Below, one piece after another: positions 7,917 through 16,703 of a DNA stretch of 36,095 nt. The DNA is taken from contig CAZYTT010000004.1 of the NCBI GenBank assembly GCA_964650235.1, positions 1 to 36,095 of the forward strand, read 5' to 3'. Numbering within the stretch: position 1 is the stretch's first letter; the number at the start of each line of letters is the position of its first letter. The stretch comes from an uncultured Gammaproteobacteria bacterium. GTDB taxonomy: Bacteria > Pseudomonadota > Gammaproteobacteria > SZUA-140. Below the pieces are notes generated by a model. It was not told where the DNA came from. It was given only the letters and a program-made list of their open reading frames with translations, and made no database searches. Both the position numbers and the translations under genes were made by a program.

Positions 7917-7956
7917 AAATATGTTATATACGAAATACATATTTTAATGCAAGTAA
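7917..7956. promoter_or_regulatory. Candidate operator/promoter module, copy 1: AAATATGT-N12-ACATATTT palindrome followed by ATGCAAGTAA
   Basis: The 8-bp arms (7917-7924 and 7937-7944) are exact reverse complements. On the minus strand TTGCAT (7947-7952) -N16- TATATA (7925-7930) forms a sigma-70-like promoter pointing at glbN, with the palindrome straddling the spacer and -10. A + strand TATAAT lies at 7908-7913. Confidence 0.4.
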
Positions 7957-8044
7957 TTGTTGCCCTTTCTCACCCATAAAATACCCATCTGACATGACTA
8001 ATATTCACACCGACGAGGTGTAATAACAGACTAAATTTACTTGT

Positions 8045-8079
8045 AATATATGCCGAAAAGAACATATAAATGCAAGTAA
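8045..8079. repeat. Copy 2 of the composite motif (ATATG..CGAAA..ACATAT..ATGCAAGTAA), overlapping the first ATG of the kinase ORF
   Basis: The exact 10-mer ATGCAAGTAA occurs at 7947-7956 and again at 8070-8079. In both copies it is preceded, in the same order, by ACATAT (7937-7942 / 8062-8067), CGAAA (7931-7935 / 8054-8058) and ATATG (7919-7923 / 8048-8052). The internal spacings differ between copies. Confidence 0.5.
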
Positions 8080-9542
8080 AGGGTAATATGAACCCAATGA
8101 AAAAAAAATCGAGCAATGAAGATCTTGTCCTTGTTATAGATCAAGGTGGGCATGCTAGTCGTGCGTTCACTCTTGATAAAAAAGGCCGAACTTATAGTAG
8201 CGGTTTAGCAGAGATAAAGGCCGTTCATAGTAACAATGACCATATAGAATATTCTCCTGTTGCGCTGTTACGGTCTATGCAAAAGGCCATTGAACAGGCT
8301 ATTAATGGTGTCCCGCAGGGATCAATTCTACTGGCCGGTATGGCAACACAACGCTCAAATATCATCTGCTGGGAACGTAATAGCGGAAAGCCACTATCAC
8401 CAATTATCAGCTGGCAAGACCGCCGCGCTGCGAAATGGCTGGAACAAAAGCGGGGTCATGCAAGCTCGGTACATAGCCAGACAGGGTTATTTTTATCACC
8501 GCACTACGGGGCTAGCAAACTGCACTGGTGCCTGGAAAATATTCCTGAGGTAAAAAATGCGGCATCAACTGGTCAGTTAATGTGGGGTCCTATGGCAAGC
8601 TGGCTCGTCAATCAGTTATGTCAAGAGAAACCACAGGTCTGTGATGCAGTCAATGCTTCACGTACCCTGCTCTGGTCACTACAAACTGGCGACTGGTCTC
8701 AGGACTTAATCCAGCTCTTTGAACTTGACGCTGGCCAATTACCAGTCAGTGTGCCAAACCTCTTTGACTTCGGCACTATTAAAACTTCCACCAATGACAG
8801 GATACCGCTAAGGCTTGTCACCGGAGATCAGGCGGGCGCACTCTTTGCGACTGGAGCGCCTGCCCCTGATAAAATCTTTATCACTGCAGGCACAGGTGCC
8901 TTTTTATTGAGTCTATGTGATCAGCAGAATATATCGACATCAGATTTTAAATTACTCCGTAGTCTGATCCTGAAAAATGGTAACAATAATATGATTTACT
9001 GCGAGGGCACTGTAAATGGTGCAGGCAGTGCCCTTGAATATTACAGCCAGTCATTTAATCTGCCTGACTATATTACCGACCTGCCCAATTGGTTGGCAGA
9101 CATATCAAATCCGCCAGTATTTCTTAATGGTCATGCCGGCTTAGGTACGCCTTACATGCGAGCTAATTTTAAATCGCGCTTCATTAACGCCGGTAATAAG
9201 TACGAAAAAATGGTAGCAATACTGGAAAGTATCATTTTTCTATTACAGAAAAATATTGAGCTAGTAGCTGCACATCAGACGGATATTGACAGCATTGTTA
9301 TTGGTGGTGGACTATCCCGATATGATGGTTTTTGCCAACGTCTCGCTGACCTTGGACTACCCGTAATCCGTTCAGTACAGACAGAAACCACCAGCCAGGG
9401 CCTTGCCTATCTACTTTTTCAGCAACTCGACTGTGACTATCAGCCGCTAACAACCGAACAACAATTATTCTCCCCTCAGTACAACCCTGCATTACAATAT
9501 CGTTTTACAGAATGGCATACCGCTATGGAGGACGCGTTATGA
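8070..9542 (+). CDS. FGGY-family kinase, glycerol-kinase-like (divergent phosphate-1 motif)
   Basis: 490 aa. It has LVLVIDQGGHASRAF where canonical GlpK has IDQGTTSSR, plus WQDRRA, SPHYGASKLHWCLEN, GDQAGALF and IGGGLSR. An alternative start at ATG 8088 follows AAGGG. It heads an operon with glycerophosphodiesterase and G3P dehydrogenase genes. Confidence 0.8.
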   Translation: MQVKGNMNPMKKKSSNEDLVLVIDQGGHASRAFTLDKKGRTYSSGLAEIKAVHSNNDHIEYSPVALLRSMQKAIEQAINGVPQGSILLAGMATQRSNIICWERNSGKPLSPIISWQDRRAAKWLEQKRGHASSVHSQTGLFLSPHYGASKLHWCLENIPEVKNAASTGQLMWGPMASWLVNQLCQEKPQVCDAVNASRTLLWSLQTGDWSQDLIQLFELDAGQLPVSVPNLFDFGTIKTSTNDRIPLRLVTGDQAGALFATGAPAPDKIFITAGTGAFLLSLCDQQNISTSDFKLLRSLILKNGNNNMIYCEGTVNGAGSALEYYSQSFNLPDYITDLPNWLADISNPPVFLNGHAGLGTPYMRANFKSRFINAGNKYEKMVAILESIIFLLQKNIELVAAHQTDIDSIVIGGGLSRYDGFCQRLADLGLPVIRSVQTETTSQGLAYLLFQQLDCDYQPLTTEQQLFSPQYNPALQYRFTEWHTAMEDAL

Positions 9543-10306
9543 CAGAAACCTGTATACCCACGATTGTTGCACATCGCGGTTTTGCTGAACGTTATCCTGA
9601 AAACACCCTGATAGCCAGCAGGGCTGCCCTTGAGGCTGGGGTAAATTATATTGAAATAGATATCCAGCTGAGTGCCGATCATGTACCGTTTCTACTCCAT
9701 GATCATAGCCTGTTGAGGACAGCTGGATACAACAGCTTAATAACTGCTATAAATAGCAGTGATATTTCCTCACCAGCTAACGCAACCATTTCACCCAACA
9801 ATAAAAACGGTCGCTTTATCACCCCACCCAGGCTTCAGGAATATGTCGACCTGTTAGTATCGTGGCCTGAGGCACACACTTTTGTCGAGCTAAAAATTGA
9901 AAGCCTGTCAGCATTCGGGTATGAAACCGTTAGTCAGGCAATACTTTCCACGCTCCAGCCTATTCTTAATCGATGCATTATTATAAGCTACGACCTGAAT
10001 TTCCTCCACTATCTCCAGTTACAGTCTGAATCTTCCACCAACAGACTGGCACTTGGCTGGATACTGACTAAATATGATGATACTCACTACCGTCAGGCCA
10101 GACAGTTACACCCGGATTACCTGATCTGTAATCATGAAAAAATCGAATCAGCACAATTATGGCAAGGCCCGTGGAAATGGTTACTCTATGAAGTTAAATA
10201 CGCCAGTCTTGCTGTCGATCTATGTCGTAAAGGTGCCGATATGGTTGAGACTATGGCCATCGAAAATTTACTTCAGGATAGTCGCTTTACCCCAATCGTT
10301 GAATAA
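9539..10306 (+). CDS. Glycerophosphodiester phosphodiesterase (GDPD family, cytoplasmic UgpQ-like, no signal peptide)
   Basis: IVAHRGFAERYPENTLIASRAALEAGVNYIEIDIQLSADHVPFLLHD is the GDPD catalytic HR...E.D...H.D signature. I prefer ATG 9539 (MTETCIP...) over the track start at 9512, because it forms an ATGA overlap with the upstream stop (9540-9542). Confidence 0.85.
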   Translation: MTETCIPTIVAHRGFAERYPENTLIASRAALEAGVNYIEIDIQLSADHVPFLLHDHSLLRTAGYNSLITAINSSDISSPANATISPNNKNGRFITPPRLQEYVDLLVSWPEAHTFVELKIESLSAFGYETVSQAILSTLQPILNRCIIISYDLNFLHYLQLQSESSTNRLALGWILTKYDDTHYRQARQLHPDYLICNHEKIESAQLWQGPWKWLLYEVKYASLAVDLCRKGADMVETMAIENLLQDSRFTPIVE

Positions 10307-10320
10307 GGAAGCAATAAAAA

Positions 10321-11511
10321 TTGGCATATTTCGATATTGCAGTAATTGGCGGCGGCATCCACGGTGTTGGCACTGCCCAGCAATTGGCCGCACAGGGTTA
10401 CAGCGTTTGCGTGCTGGAACAGGCAGACCAGCTTGCCCAAGGGACATCAAGTCGCTCGAGCAAATTGATACATGGTGGATTACGTTACCTGGAAAGTGGT
10501 CAATTGAGACTAGTAAGAGAGTGTCTCAGGGAACGTCAAACCCTGCTGGAAAATGCCCCTGATCTGGTCAAGCTCCAGCCATTCTACATACCGGTCTATA
10601 AATCCACTCGCCGGCGACCCTGGCAATTGTACCTGGGACTTGCTATCTATGCCTTATTAACAGGGCTAGCTCCAGCCGCCCGCTTTAGACATCTACCTGA
10701 ATCAGAGTGGGAAAAGCTAGATGGTATAAGACTGAATGAGCTGCAGGCTGTCTTTCAGTATTATGACGCCCAGACCGATGATGCCATGTTAACCCGATCA
10801 GTCATGGCGTCAGCACAATCCCTGGGCGCTGAACTCTATCTTGATACGACAGCAACTGGCATCAGCCTGGGATCACCGAACATCATCAATTATGTGCAAT
10901 CAGGACATCGGCAATCACATGAATGCCAGATAGTGGTAAATGCAGCCGGCCCCTGGGTCAACCAGGTACTGGATGTGGTAAGACCAGAGCCATCCCGACT
11001 TGAAATTGAATGGGTACAGGGGACCCATATCATTGTACCGGGAAAACTAAAACAGGGTTTTTATTATATCGAGGCACCTGAGGATCAACGCGCCATATTT
11101 GTCATGCCCTGGCAGGGAAATATAATGGTGGGGACAACGGAGCAAAGCTATCAGGGCGACCCAGCCACTGTCTTACCAACTCATGATGAAAAGGATTATT
11201 TACTCAACGCCTTGCGTCATTTTTTTCCTGAATATGTCGACTTAACCCAGAATGACATTTTACATAGTTTCGCTGGACTACGGGTATTACCCACAGGTCA
11301 GGGTAGTCCGTTTAGCCGACCACGTGAAACCACCTTATTAACTGATCGCAAGGACAGACCAAGAATAGTGACCATCTATGGTGGTAAATTAACAGCCTAT
11401 CGTGCTACCGCTGAAAAACTCTTTAATCTGTTGCGCCCCTCATTAGCGCACCGTAAACAACTTGCTGACACTCACCATTTAAAATTAACACTACCAACAG
11501 AGGTTGATTAG
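10321..11511 (+). CDS. glpD: FAD-dependent glycerol-3-phosphate dehydrogenase/oxidase-like enzyme (short form)
   Basis: 396 aa with a TTG start. It has the dinucleotide fold FDIAVIGGGIHGVG, then GTSSRSSKLIHGGLRYLE (the GlpD signature) and GGKLTAYR near the C-terminus. It lacks the roughly 100-aa C-terminal domain of E. coli GlpD. Confidence 0.8.
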   Translation: MAYFDIAVIGGGIHGVGTAQQLAAQGYSVCVLEQADQLAQGTSSRSSKLIHGGLRYLESGQLRLVRECLRERQTLLENAPDLVKLQPFYIPVYKSTRRRPWQLYLGLAIYALLTGLAPAARFRHLPESEWEKLDGIRLNELQAVFQYYDAQTDDAMLTRSVMASAQSLGAELYLDTTATGISLGSPNIINYVQSGHRQSHECQIVVNAAGPWVNQVLDVVRPEPSRLEIEWVQGTHIIVPGKLKQGFYYIEAPEDQRAIFVMPWQGNIMVGTTEQSYQGDPATVLPTHDEKDYLLNALRHFFPEYVDLTQNDILHSFAGLRVLPTGQGSPFSRPRETTLLTDRKDRPRIVTIYGGKLTAYRATAEKLFNLLRPSLAHRKQLADTHHLKLTLPTEVD

Positions 11512-11561
11512 CGATTTAGATTCAATGTTCCATCTATAATTTTTCTGAAATTTAACAACAA

Positions 11562-11906
11562 CTAACCGGGAGGCCAGCTCAATGCCCTTCCACCTAGCAG
11601 ATGCATATGCAAATGATAGACGGTCTGCCCACCATCATCGCCACAATTAATTACCGTGCGATAACCTGATGCCGCTACACCCGCATCGGAGGCAATGTGT
11701 TGAGCCGCTAAATACATATCACCCAGCACTGTTGCCTGTGCAGTATCCAGGTCATTCAGGGAGCTTATATGATGCCTAGGTATAATTAGGATATGAGTTG
11801 GGGCCTGCGGGTTAATATCTCTAAAGGCCATCACGGTATCGTTCTGATAAATGATATCAGGTGTAATATCACCATTAACCATTTTACAAAATAGGCAATC
11901 ACTCAT
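11562..11906 (-). CDS. HIT-family (histidine triad) nucleotide hydrolase, HinT-like
   Basis: 114 aa: CLFCKMVNGDI..., AFRDINPQAPTHILIIPR, and the histidine triad HLHMHLLGG. Confidence 0.9.
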   Translation of the reverse strand: MSDCLFCKMVNGDITPDIIYQNDTVMAFRDINPQAPTHILIIPRHHISSLNDLDTAQATVLGDMYLAAQHIASDAGVAASGYRTVINCGDDGGQTVYHLHMHLLGGRALSWPPG

Positions 11907-11974
11907 AGTTACAGCTCCTCAATGATCCAACGGTTGTGTACAATCTACACTAGAATATCCAATGAGGCTAACCT

Positions 11975-12823
11975 GTGAAATTACGCTTTCAAATGATCTC
12001 AAGCATCGCCGTGCTGTTCCTGTTAATGTCGACGGTTAGCGCCCAGACATTGCCATTATGGGAAATAGGTGTCGGTGCGGGCGGTCTCCATCTGCCTTAT
12101 TATCGCGGTGTTGACCAGACACGATCCTACATTATCCCCTTCCCCTATTTTAAATATCGGGGTGAATATTTGAGTATTGATGAAGGCGGAGCCCATGGCC
12201 GCCTATTCAAGACTGATAATATTAATCTTGAACTCAGCCTAGCCGGCGGTATCCCGGTATCAAGTGACGGCAATAATCCCCGTAGCGGCATGCCCGATCT
12301 TGATCCAACCGTTGAACTGGGGCCATCTCTTGCCATCAGATGTTGGCAACACCCGGATCAACGCCGCTCAATCTGGCTCAACCTACCACTCCGTACGGCT
12401 ATTTCAGTCAATATCAATAAGATCGATCAACAGGGCTGGACCCTATCACCCTTCATTGAATATATCGTCGAGAGCCCACACCCCGGGGACTGGAAGATGG
12501 GCCTGGCCTGGGGTCCGCTATTTGCCGATAAAAACTATCATAACTATTTTTATGCCGTCGATTCTGCTTATGTGACCAGCACCCGGAGTGAATACCAGGC
12601 TAATTCAGGCTACAGTGGTAATCGAGTAACACTGTCGTTGCAGAAAAACATCGGTGATTTATGGTTAGGTGTATTTTTGCGCTATGACGATCTTAATAAT
12701 GCGGCCTTCATGGACAGCCCGTTGGTCAATACATCTCACTACCTAGCCAGTGGTGTCGGCTTTACCTGGATTTTTAGCAAATCCACGACACTGGTAGAAA
12801 TTGATCGTACCGATCATCTATAG
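11975..12823 (+). CDS. mipA: MipA/OmpV-family outer-membrane protein
   Basis: 282 aa with a GTG start and a signal peptide (SIAVLFLLMSTVSAQT). It has WEIGVGAGGLHLPYYRGVDQTRSYIIPFPYFKYRG, alternating beta-strand pattern and an aromatic-rich C-terminal region. Confidence 0.8.
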   Translation: MKLRFQMISSIAVLFLLMSTVSAQTLPLWEIGVGAGGLHLPYYRGVDQTRSYIIPFPYFKYRGEYLSIDEGGAHGRLFKTDNINLELSLAGGIPVSSDGNNPRSGMPDLDPTVELGPSLAIRCWQHPDQRRSIWLNLPLRTAISVNINKIDQQGWTLSPFIEYIVESPHPGDWKMGLAWGPLFADKNYHNYFYAVDSAYVTSTRSEYQANSGYSGNRVTLSLQKNIGDLWLGVFLRYDDLNNAAFMDSPLVNTSHYLASGVGFTWIFSKSTTLVEIDRTDHL

Positions 12824-12826
12824 AAT

Positions 12827-13621
12827 CTAATTTGAGGACGTATTTGAATCCAGTCGGTACACATTACTGTTAATTGATCCATCACGATAGAGGTCAAAAA
12901 CCCGAAAGCCAGCGGCAATATGATCCAGGGCAAAATCTTCCTGCCCTGGTTTAAACTGGGCCATGGTCGATGGACAACCCGCCCATAATACACCAGCTGA
13001 CAGAGTCTCATAGGCCTGATGGGCGTGTCCCCAGCAAACAGCTTTAATCACCGGGTACTGTTGCACGAGTGTTTTAATAAGCTCAGGATTTATCAAGGTA
13101 ACCGCAGTATCCATCCATACCATGGATGTCTGAACAGGGGGATGATGCATAGCCAACATGACATGTTTTTCAGGGTGCTTATTTATCAGCCCCTCAATAC
13201 TTTCCAGCTCATGCTCCGTAATCATACCCGCTTCATGCCCGGGCCAGAAGGTATTGACCAGAATTATTAACCAGCCCTGATGAAGCATATGACCACGGCA
13301 ACTAACCTGGGCAGTTGCCATAATCTGAGCCATCAAGCCTGGCTCATCGTGGTTACCCGCCAGACACCCGGCTTTAACACCAGTGGCCTCAATCAACTTT
13401 ACCAGACGTCGATAGGCCGCCTCACTTCCATCATGCACGAGGTCACCGGTAAAAATAGACAGATCGGCCCGTATACTATGAGAAAGTGCAAGCCTCAATA
13501 CCTGCTGGAATGATTCATGACAATTGATACCGTAGAACTCTTTGGTGGTATCAGCAAAAAGATGGGGATCACTGAATTGCCAGAGTCGGAAGTAACCTTT
13601 ATGCGCGGTTGCCTGTGTCAT
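12827..13621 (-). CDS. cpdA: 3',5'-cyclic-nucleotide (cAMP) phosphodiesterase, metallophosphoesterase CpdA/Icc
   Basis: 264 aa with class III PDE metallophosphoesterase motifs: FSDPHL, TGDLVHDG, GNHD, HHPP and GHAHQ. Its stop lies only 3 nt from the convergent mipA stop. Confidence 0.85.
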   Translation of the reverse strand: MTQATAHKGYFRLWQFSDPHLFADTTKEFYGINCHESFQQVLRLALSHSIRADLSIFTGDLVHDGSEAAYRRLVKLIEATGVKAGCLAGNHDEPGLMAQIMATAQVSCRGHMLHQGWLIILVNTFWPGHEAGMITEHELESIEGLINKHPEKHVMLAMHHPPVQTSMVWMDTAVTLINPELIKTLVQQYPVIKAVCWGHAHQAYETLSAGVLWAGCPSTMAQFKPGQEDFALDHIAAGFRVFDLYRDGSINSNVYRLDSNTSSN

Positions 13622-13635
13622 AACTACCTAAGTCA

Positions 13636-13953
13636 TTACACACAGTCAGAATCACTAACGACCTCGAACATCTCCAGTACATTCTTGCCCTTGTACATTT
13701 CCCTGGGGGTCTCTCTCGCCTGGACATGGGCCTGACGAAAGGCATCACCCTTTGTCCAGTCGAGGAAGGCCTGGCGATCCTGCCATAATGTCATTACGAC
13801 ATGATATTCACTACTATCATCATCGGGCCTGAGTACCAGATTACGGATAAATCCCGGTGACTGATCAACCAGCCCCTGACGTGACTTGAAACGTTCTTCA
13901 AAGTCACCTTGATAGCCTTCATTAACAGGTATCCTGTTCATAACAACATACAT
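13636..13953 (-). CDS. ABM-domain protein (antibiotic-biosynthesis-monooxygenase / IsdG-like fold)
   Basis: 105 aa: VVMNRIPVNEGYQGDFEERF...GFIRNLVLRP...YHVVMTLWQDRQAFLDWTKGDAFRQAH. This is the typical ferredoxin-like ABM pattern. Confidence 0.75.
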   Translation of the reverse strand: MYVVMNRIPVNEGYQGDFEERFKSRQGLVDQSPGFIRNLVLRPDDDSSEYHVVMTLWQDRQAFLDWTKGDAFRQAHVQARETPREMYKGKNVLEMFEVVSDSDCV

Positions 13954-13990
13954 AGGGTATCCTCCCTGCAGTTAATTAACGGTTCGATAG

Positions 13991-14668
13991 CTAGCGCCTA
14001 TCAACCACATTATTACGAAGATAGACAGGCAACACCTGACAGGCCGTTACTGCCTGCCCAAGATCAAACTGGTAAGCACCAAGAGCAGCGACATCGACGG
14101 CATCAGGATAGCACTCGGCATCCCACTGAACACATTGAGCTCGCAGATGAGAAGCCAATATTGTTTTATAACTTGACCATGCACTGCCTACACCAAACCA
14201 GTCATTACCCCCCGGTTGCGGGATCGCCTCTGGAAGACAGACACATTCCTCCGTCTCAGGCTCCATATAACCCTCATTATTCAAACTACAGGCAGACCAA
14301 TAGACCTCCTGTAAACGAGCATCGAGACCGGCGAGGACTTTTTTATGGCCAAATTTTCGCCAGGCCTGCTGGGCCATCGTAGTAAGTGTTGACACCTTCA
14401 CCACGGGGATATCCTCTGCATAGGCAAGTGCCTGAGTCACTCCTGCTGCAATGCGCAGACCGGTAAATGCGCCTGGACCACACGACATAGCAATAACATC
14501 GAGCTGTGTAAGACTGACGCCACCTTCACCCAGGAGTGAGTCTAACATTGGCAGAATAATATCTGCATGCTGCCGAGGCGAAACCTGAGAGCGACTCAAC
14601 GTTTCCCCATCAAACCATAATGCAACAGAACAGGCATCAGTTGAGGTATCAATGGCGAGGAGTTTCAT
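13991..14668 (-). CDS. tsaB: tRNA t6A37 biosynthesis protein TsaB (YeaZ)
   Basis: 225 aa: MKLLAIDTSTDACSVAL, GPGAFTGLRIAAGVTQALA. Its start overlaps the helicase stop (TAATG at 14666-14670). Confidence 0.9.
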   Translation of the reverse strand: MKLLAIDTSTDACSVALWFDGETLSRSQVSPRQHADIILPMLDSLLGEGGVSLTQLDVIAMSCGPGAFTGLRIAAGVTQALAYAEDIPVVKVSTLTTMAQQAWRKFGHKKVLAGLDARLQEVYWSACSLNNEGYMEPETEECVCLPEAIPQPGGNDWFGVGSAWSSYKTILASHLRAQCVQWDAECYPDAVDVAALGAYQFDLGQAVTACQVLPVYLRNNVVDRR

Positions 14669-16659
14669 TATAAATCTGCACCTACTGTTGTCATTTCATT
14701 TATATGCTCACCATCCTGGTTTATAGGCCGGTTAATATGTTGATGGACAAAATCAGCAATGACATCAAAACAACTGGTTGTCTGCATCGCAGGCAGGTTC
14801 TGTAAAAATATCCGCCCATAGGATTTGCTGCTCAGTCGCGGGTCACAGATCATCAGGATCCCTTTATCTTCATGATCCCTGATTAATCGGCCGACTCCCT
14901 GCTTTAGGGTAATGATGGCATTTGGCAATTGAAAATCCCTGAACGGGTTTTCACCTTTTTGAATCATCAGTTCAGATCGCGCCTGCAGTACAGGATCACC
15001 CGGGGTAGCAAAAGGTAATTTATCGATAATGACACAGGACAGGGCCTGTCCCCGCACATCAACGCCCTCCCAAAAACTCCCAGTACCCAGTAATATTGCA
15101 TTACCATGCTCCCGAAACTGTTGCAGTAATTCATCACGAGGGGCATCGCCCTGAATCAGTAAAGGATAACTCAGCTTTAATGATTTGAACTGCTGGGTTG
15201 CCTGCTGCAAGGCGCGATGACTGGTAAAGAGTAAAAAAGTTCTACCCCTCACAGCCTGAATCACCGGCATTGCTACCTGTAAAAGTGCCTTAATGTATCC
15301 AGGGTTTGACGGTTCAGGCATTTTTCCAGGCAAATAAAGACAGGCATTCTGCTGGTAATCAAAAGGACTCTCCCAGGTCTCCGAGCAAGCAGCCTGCAGA
15401 CCTAGACGTTCAGTAAAATGATTAAAGTTATTGCCTACTGATAAAGTGGCGGAGGTAAATACCCAGCCAGTATCATAGGCATGCATTCGATCCTGGAAAG
15501 ATTCAGCAATATCAATCGGCGTTTCGTGAAGCACAAACCCATGCCTACTCACTTCATACCAACATATATGGGCATCGTTGGCTGTATTAGCAAATACATT
15601 CAATAGCTGCACCAGTTCGGAACTGCGTCGCCAGCAGGCATCCAGCCCCTTACTGCGTGAAGATAGTTTCTCTAATAGATGAGATACATATTTGATTTCT
15701 TCCTGCAGATTAAACACGCGTTCTGATACCGATATTTTTTCAAGCTCGGGTCGCCATTGCTGTCGTTGCTGACCCGAACCAATAACTTCCCTTAAATCAG
15801 TCAGACACCGCCCCATACGTGTCAGCGCATCGGGAAATGTTGGCATATCGCCGGCAATTTGTTGATATTCAAGCAGGCTGTCATTGATCAATGCCATTAA
15901 CTGACGACTACTTAGTGACTGGCCGAAAAAATCGGTGGCAATACCGGGTATTTGATGCGCTTCGTCTATTATCAGGGCATCTGCGCCTGGCAACAATTCA
16001 CCAAACCCCTGATCGCGTAACATCATATCGGAAAAAAGCAGGTAATGATTGATAACAAGGACATCGGCTGTCAGGGCCGCTCGTCTGGCCTTTACAACTG
16101 GACAATTCGACAATTCTGGACAATCCTGCCCCAGGCAATTATCAGCAGTTGATGTCACCTGACCCCATATAGCAGCATCTTCGGGCAATTCACTCATGCC
16201 CGATATATCGCCATCCTTACTCCGGTTATACCAGGACCGTATGCGCTGAAGTTGATCAATCTGCTGAGGTGAACGAAAGGCGCCCTGCCCCTCGCTCTGT
16301 TCAAGTCGATATGGACAGATGTAATTACTACGGCCCTTCAACATGACACAACTACGTTGAGTAACGCCCAGGGCCTTTACCACCACAGGCAAGTCACGGA
16401 AAAATAATTGATCCTGCAGGTTCCTGGTACCGGTAGAAATAATGACTCGGTTCTGACTTAGCAATGCCGGGGCAAGATAAGCAAAGGTCTTGCCCGTACC
16501 GGTACCCGCCTCACAGATGAGGACATCCTTTTTTTCCAGTGTTGAGGCAATCCTTGCCGCCATCTGTTGCTGCGCAGGCCGTGGTGAAAAAGATGGAATA
16601 TGCCGTGCAAATGGCCCACCCTCACCTAGCACGTCTGTCATGGAGTCTGACTTCATCAA
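14668..16659 (-). CDS. yoaA: DinG/XPD-family Fe-S ATP-dependent DNA helicase (YoaA-like)
   Basis: 663 aa with Walker A EAGTGTGKTFAY, a DEAH box (IIDEAHQ) and four Cys between them (CPYRL...CLGQDCPELSNC) for the Fe-S cluster. Motif V/VI-like segments are FTSATL and QGVGRLIR. Confidence 0.8.
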   Translation of the reverse strand: MMKSDSMTDVLGEGGPFARHIPSFSPRPAQQQMAARIASTLEKKDVLICEAGTGTGKTFAYLAPALLSQNRVIISTGTRNLQDQLFFRDLPVVVKALGVTQRSCVMLKGRSNYICPYRLEQSEGQGAFRSPQQIDQLQRIRSWYNRSKDGDISGMSELPEDAAIWGQVTSTADNCLGQDCPELSNCPVVKARRAALTADVLVINHYLLFSDMMLRDQGFGELLPGADALIIDEAHQIPGIATDFFGQSLSSRQLMALINDSLLEYQQIAGDMPTFPDALTRMGRCLTDLREVIGSGQQRQQWRPELEKISVSERVFNLQEEIKYVSHLLEKLSSRSKGLDACWRRSSELVQLLNVFANTANDAHICWYEVSRHGFVLHETPIDIAESFQDRMHAYDTGWVFTSATLSVGNNFNHFTERLGLQAACSETWESPFDYQQNACLYLPGKMPEPSNPGYIKALLQVAMPVIQAVRGRTFLLFTSHRALQQATQQFKSLKLSYPLLIQGDAPRDELLQQFREHGNAILLGTGSFWEGVDVRGQALSCVIIDKLPFATPGDPVLQARSELMIQKGENPFRDFQLPNAIITLKQGVGRLIRDHEDKGILMICDPRLSSKSYGRIFLQNLPAMQTTSCFDVIADFVHQHINRPINQDGEHINEMTTVGADL

Positions 16660-16703
16660 TTACATCTTGGCGATAAAACCGTTAGTCGGGCCATGATTAT
16701 GAA

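Noticed and set aside
7917-7944. Calling the AAATATGT-N12-ACATATTT palindrome an NsrR (NO-sensing Rrf2) box for glbN
   Set aside because: The half-sites resemble AAGATGCATTT, but the ATG...CAT span is about 3 nt wider than the 11-1-11 NsrR layout I recall. The second copy has yet another spacing. I kept it only as an unassigned candidate operator.
10134-10562. 142-aa track ORF bridging the phosphodiesterase and G3P-dehydrogenase genes
   Set aside because: It is out of frame with two strongly supported genes and its product is Arg/Trp/Cys-rich nonsense. The same reasoning applies to 8260-8553, 9298-9682 and 10268-10450.
13909-14382. 157-aa + strand ORF (His/Pro/Gln/Arg-rich)
   Set aside because: It is entirely antisense to tsaB, whose product has canonical motifs. 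Its composition is typical of a GC-skewed shadow frame.
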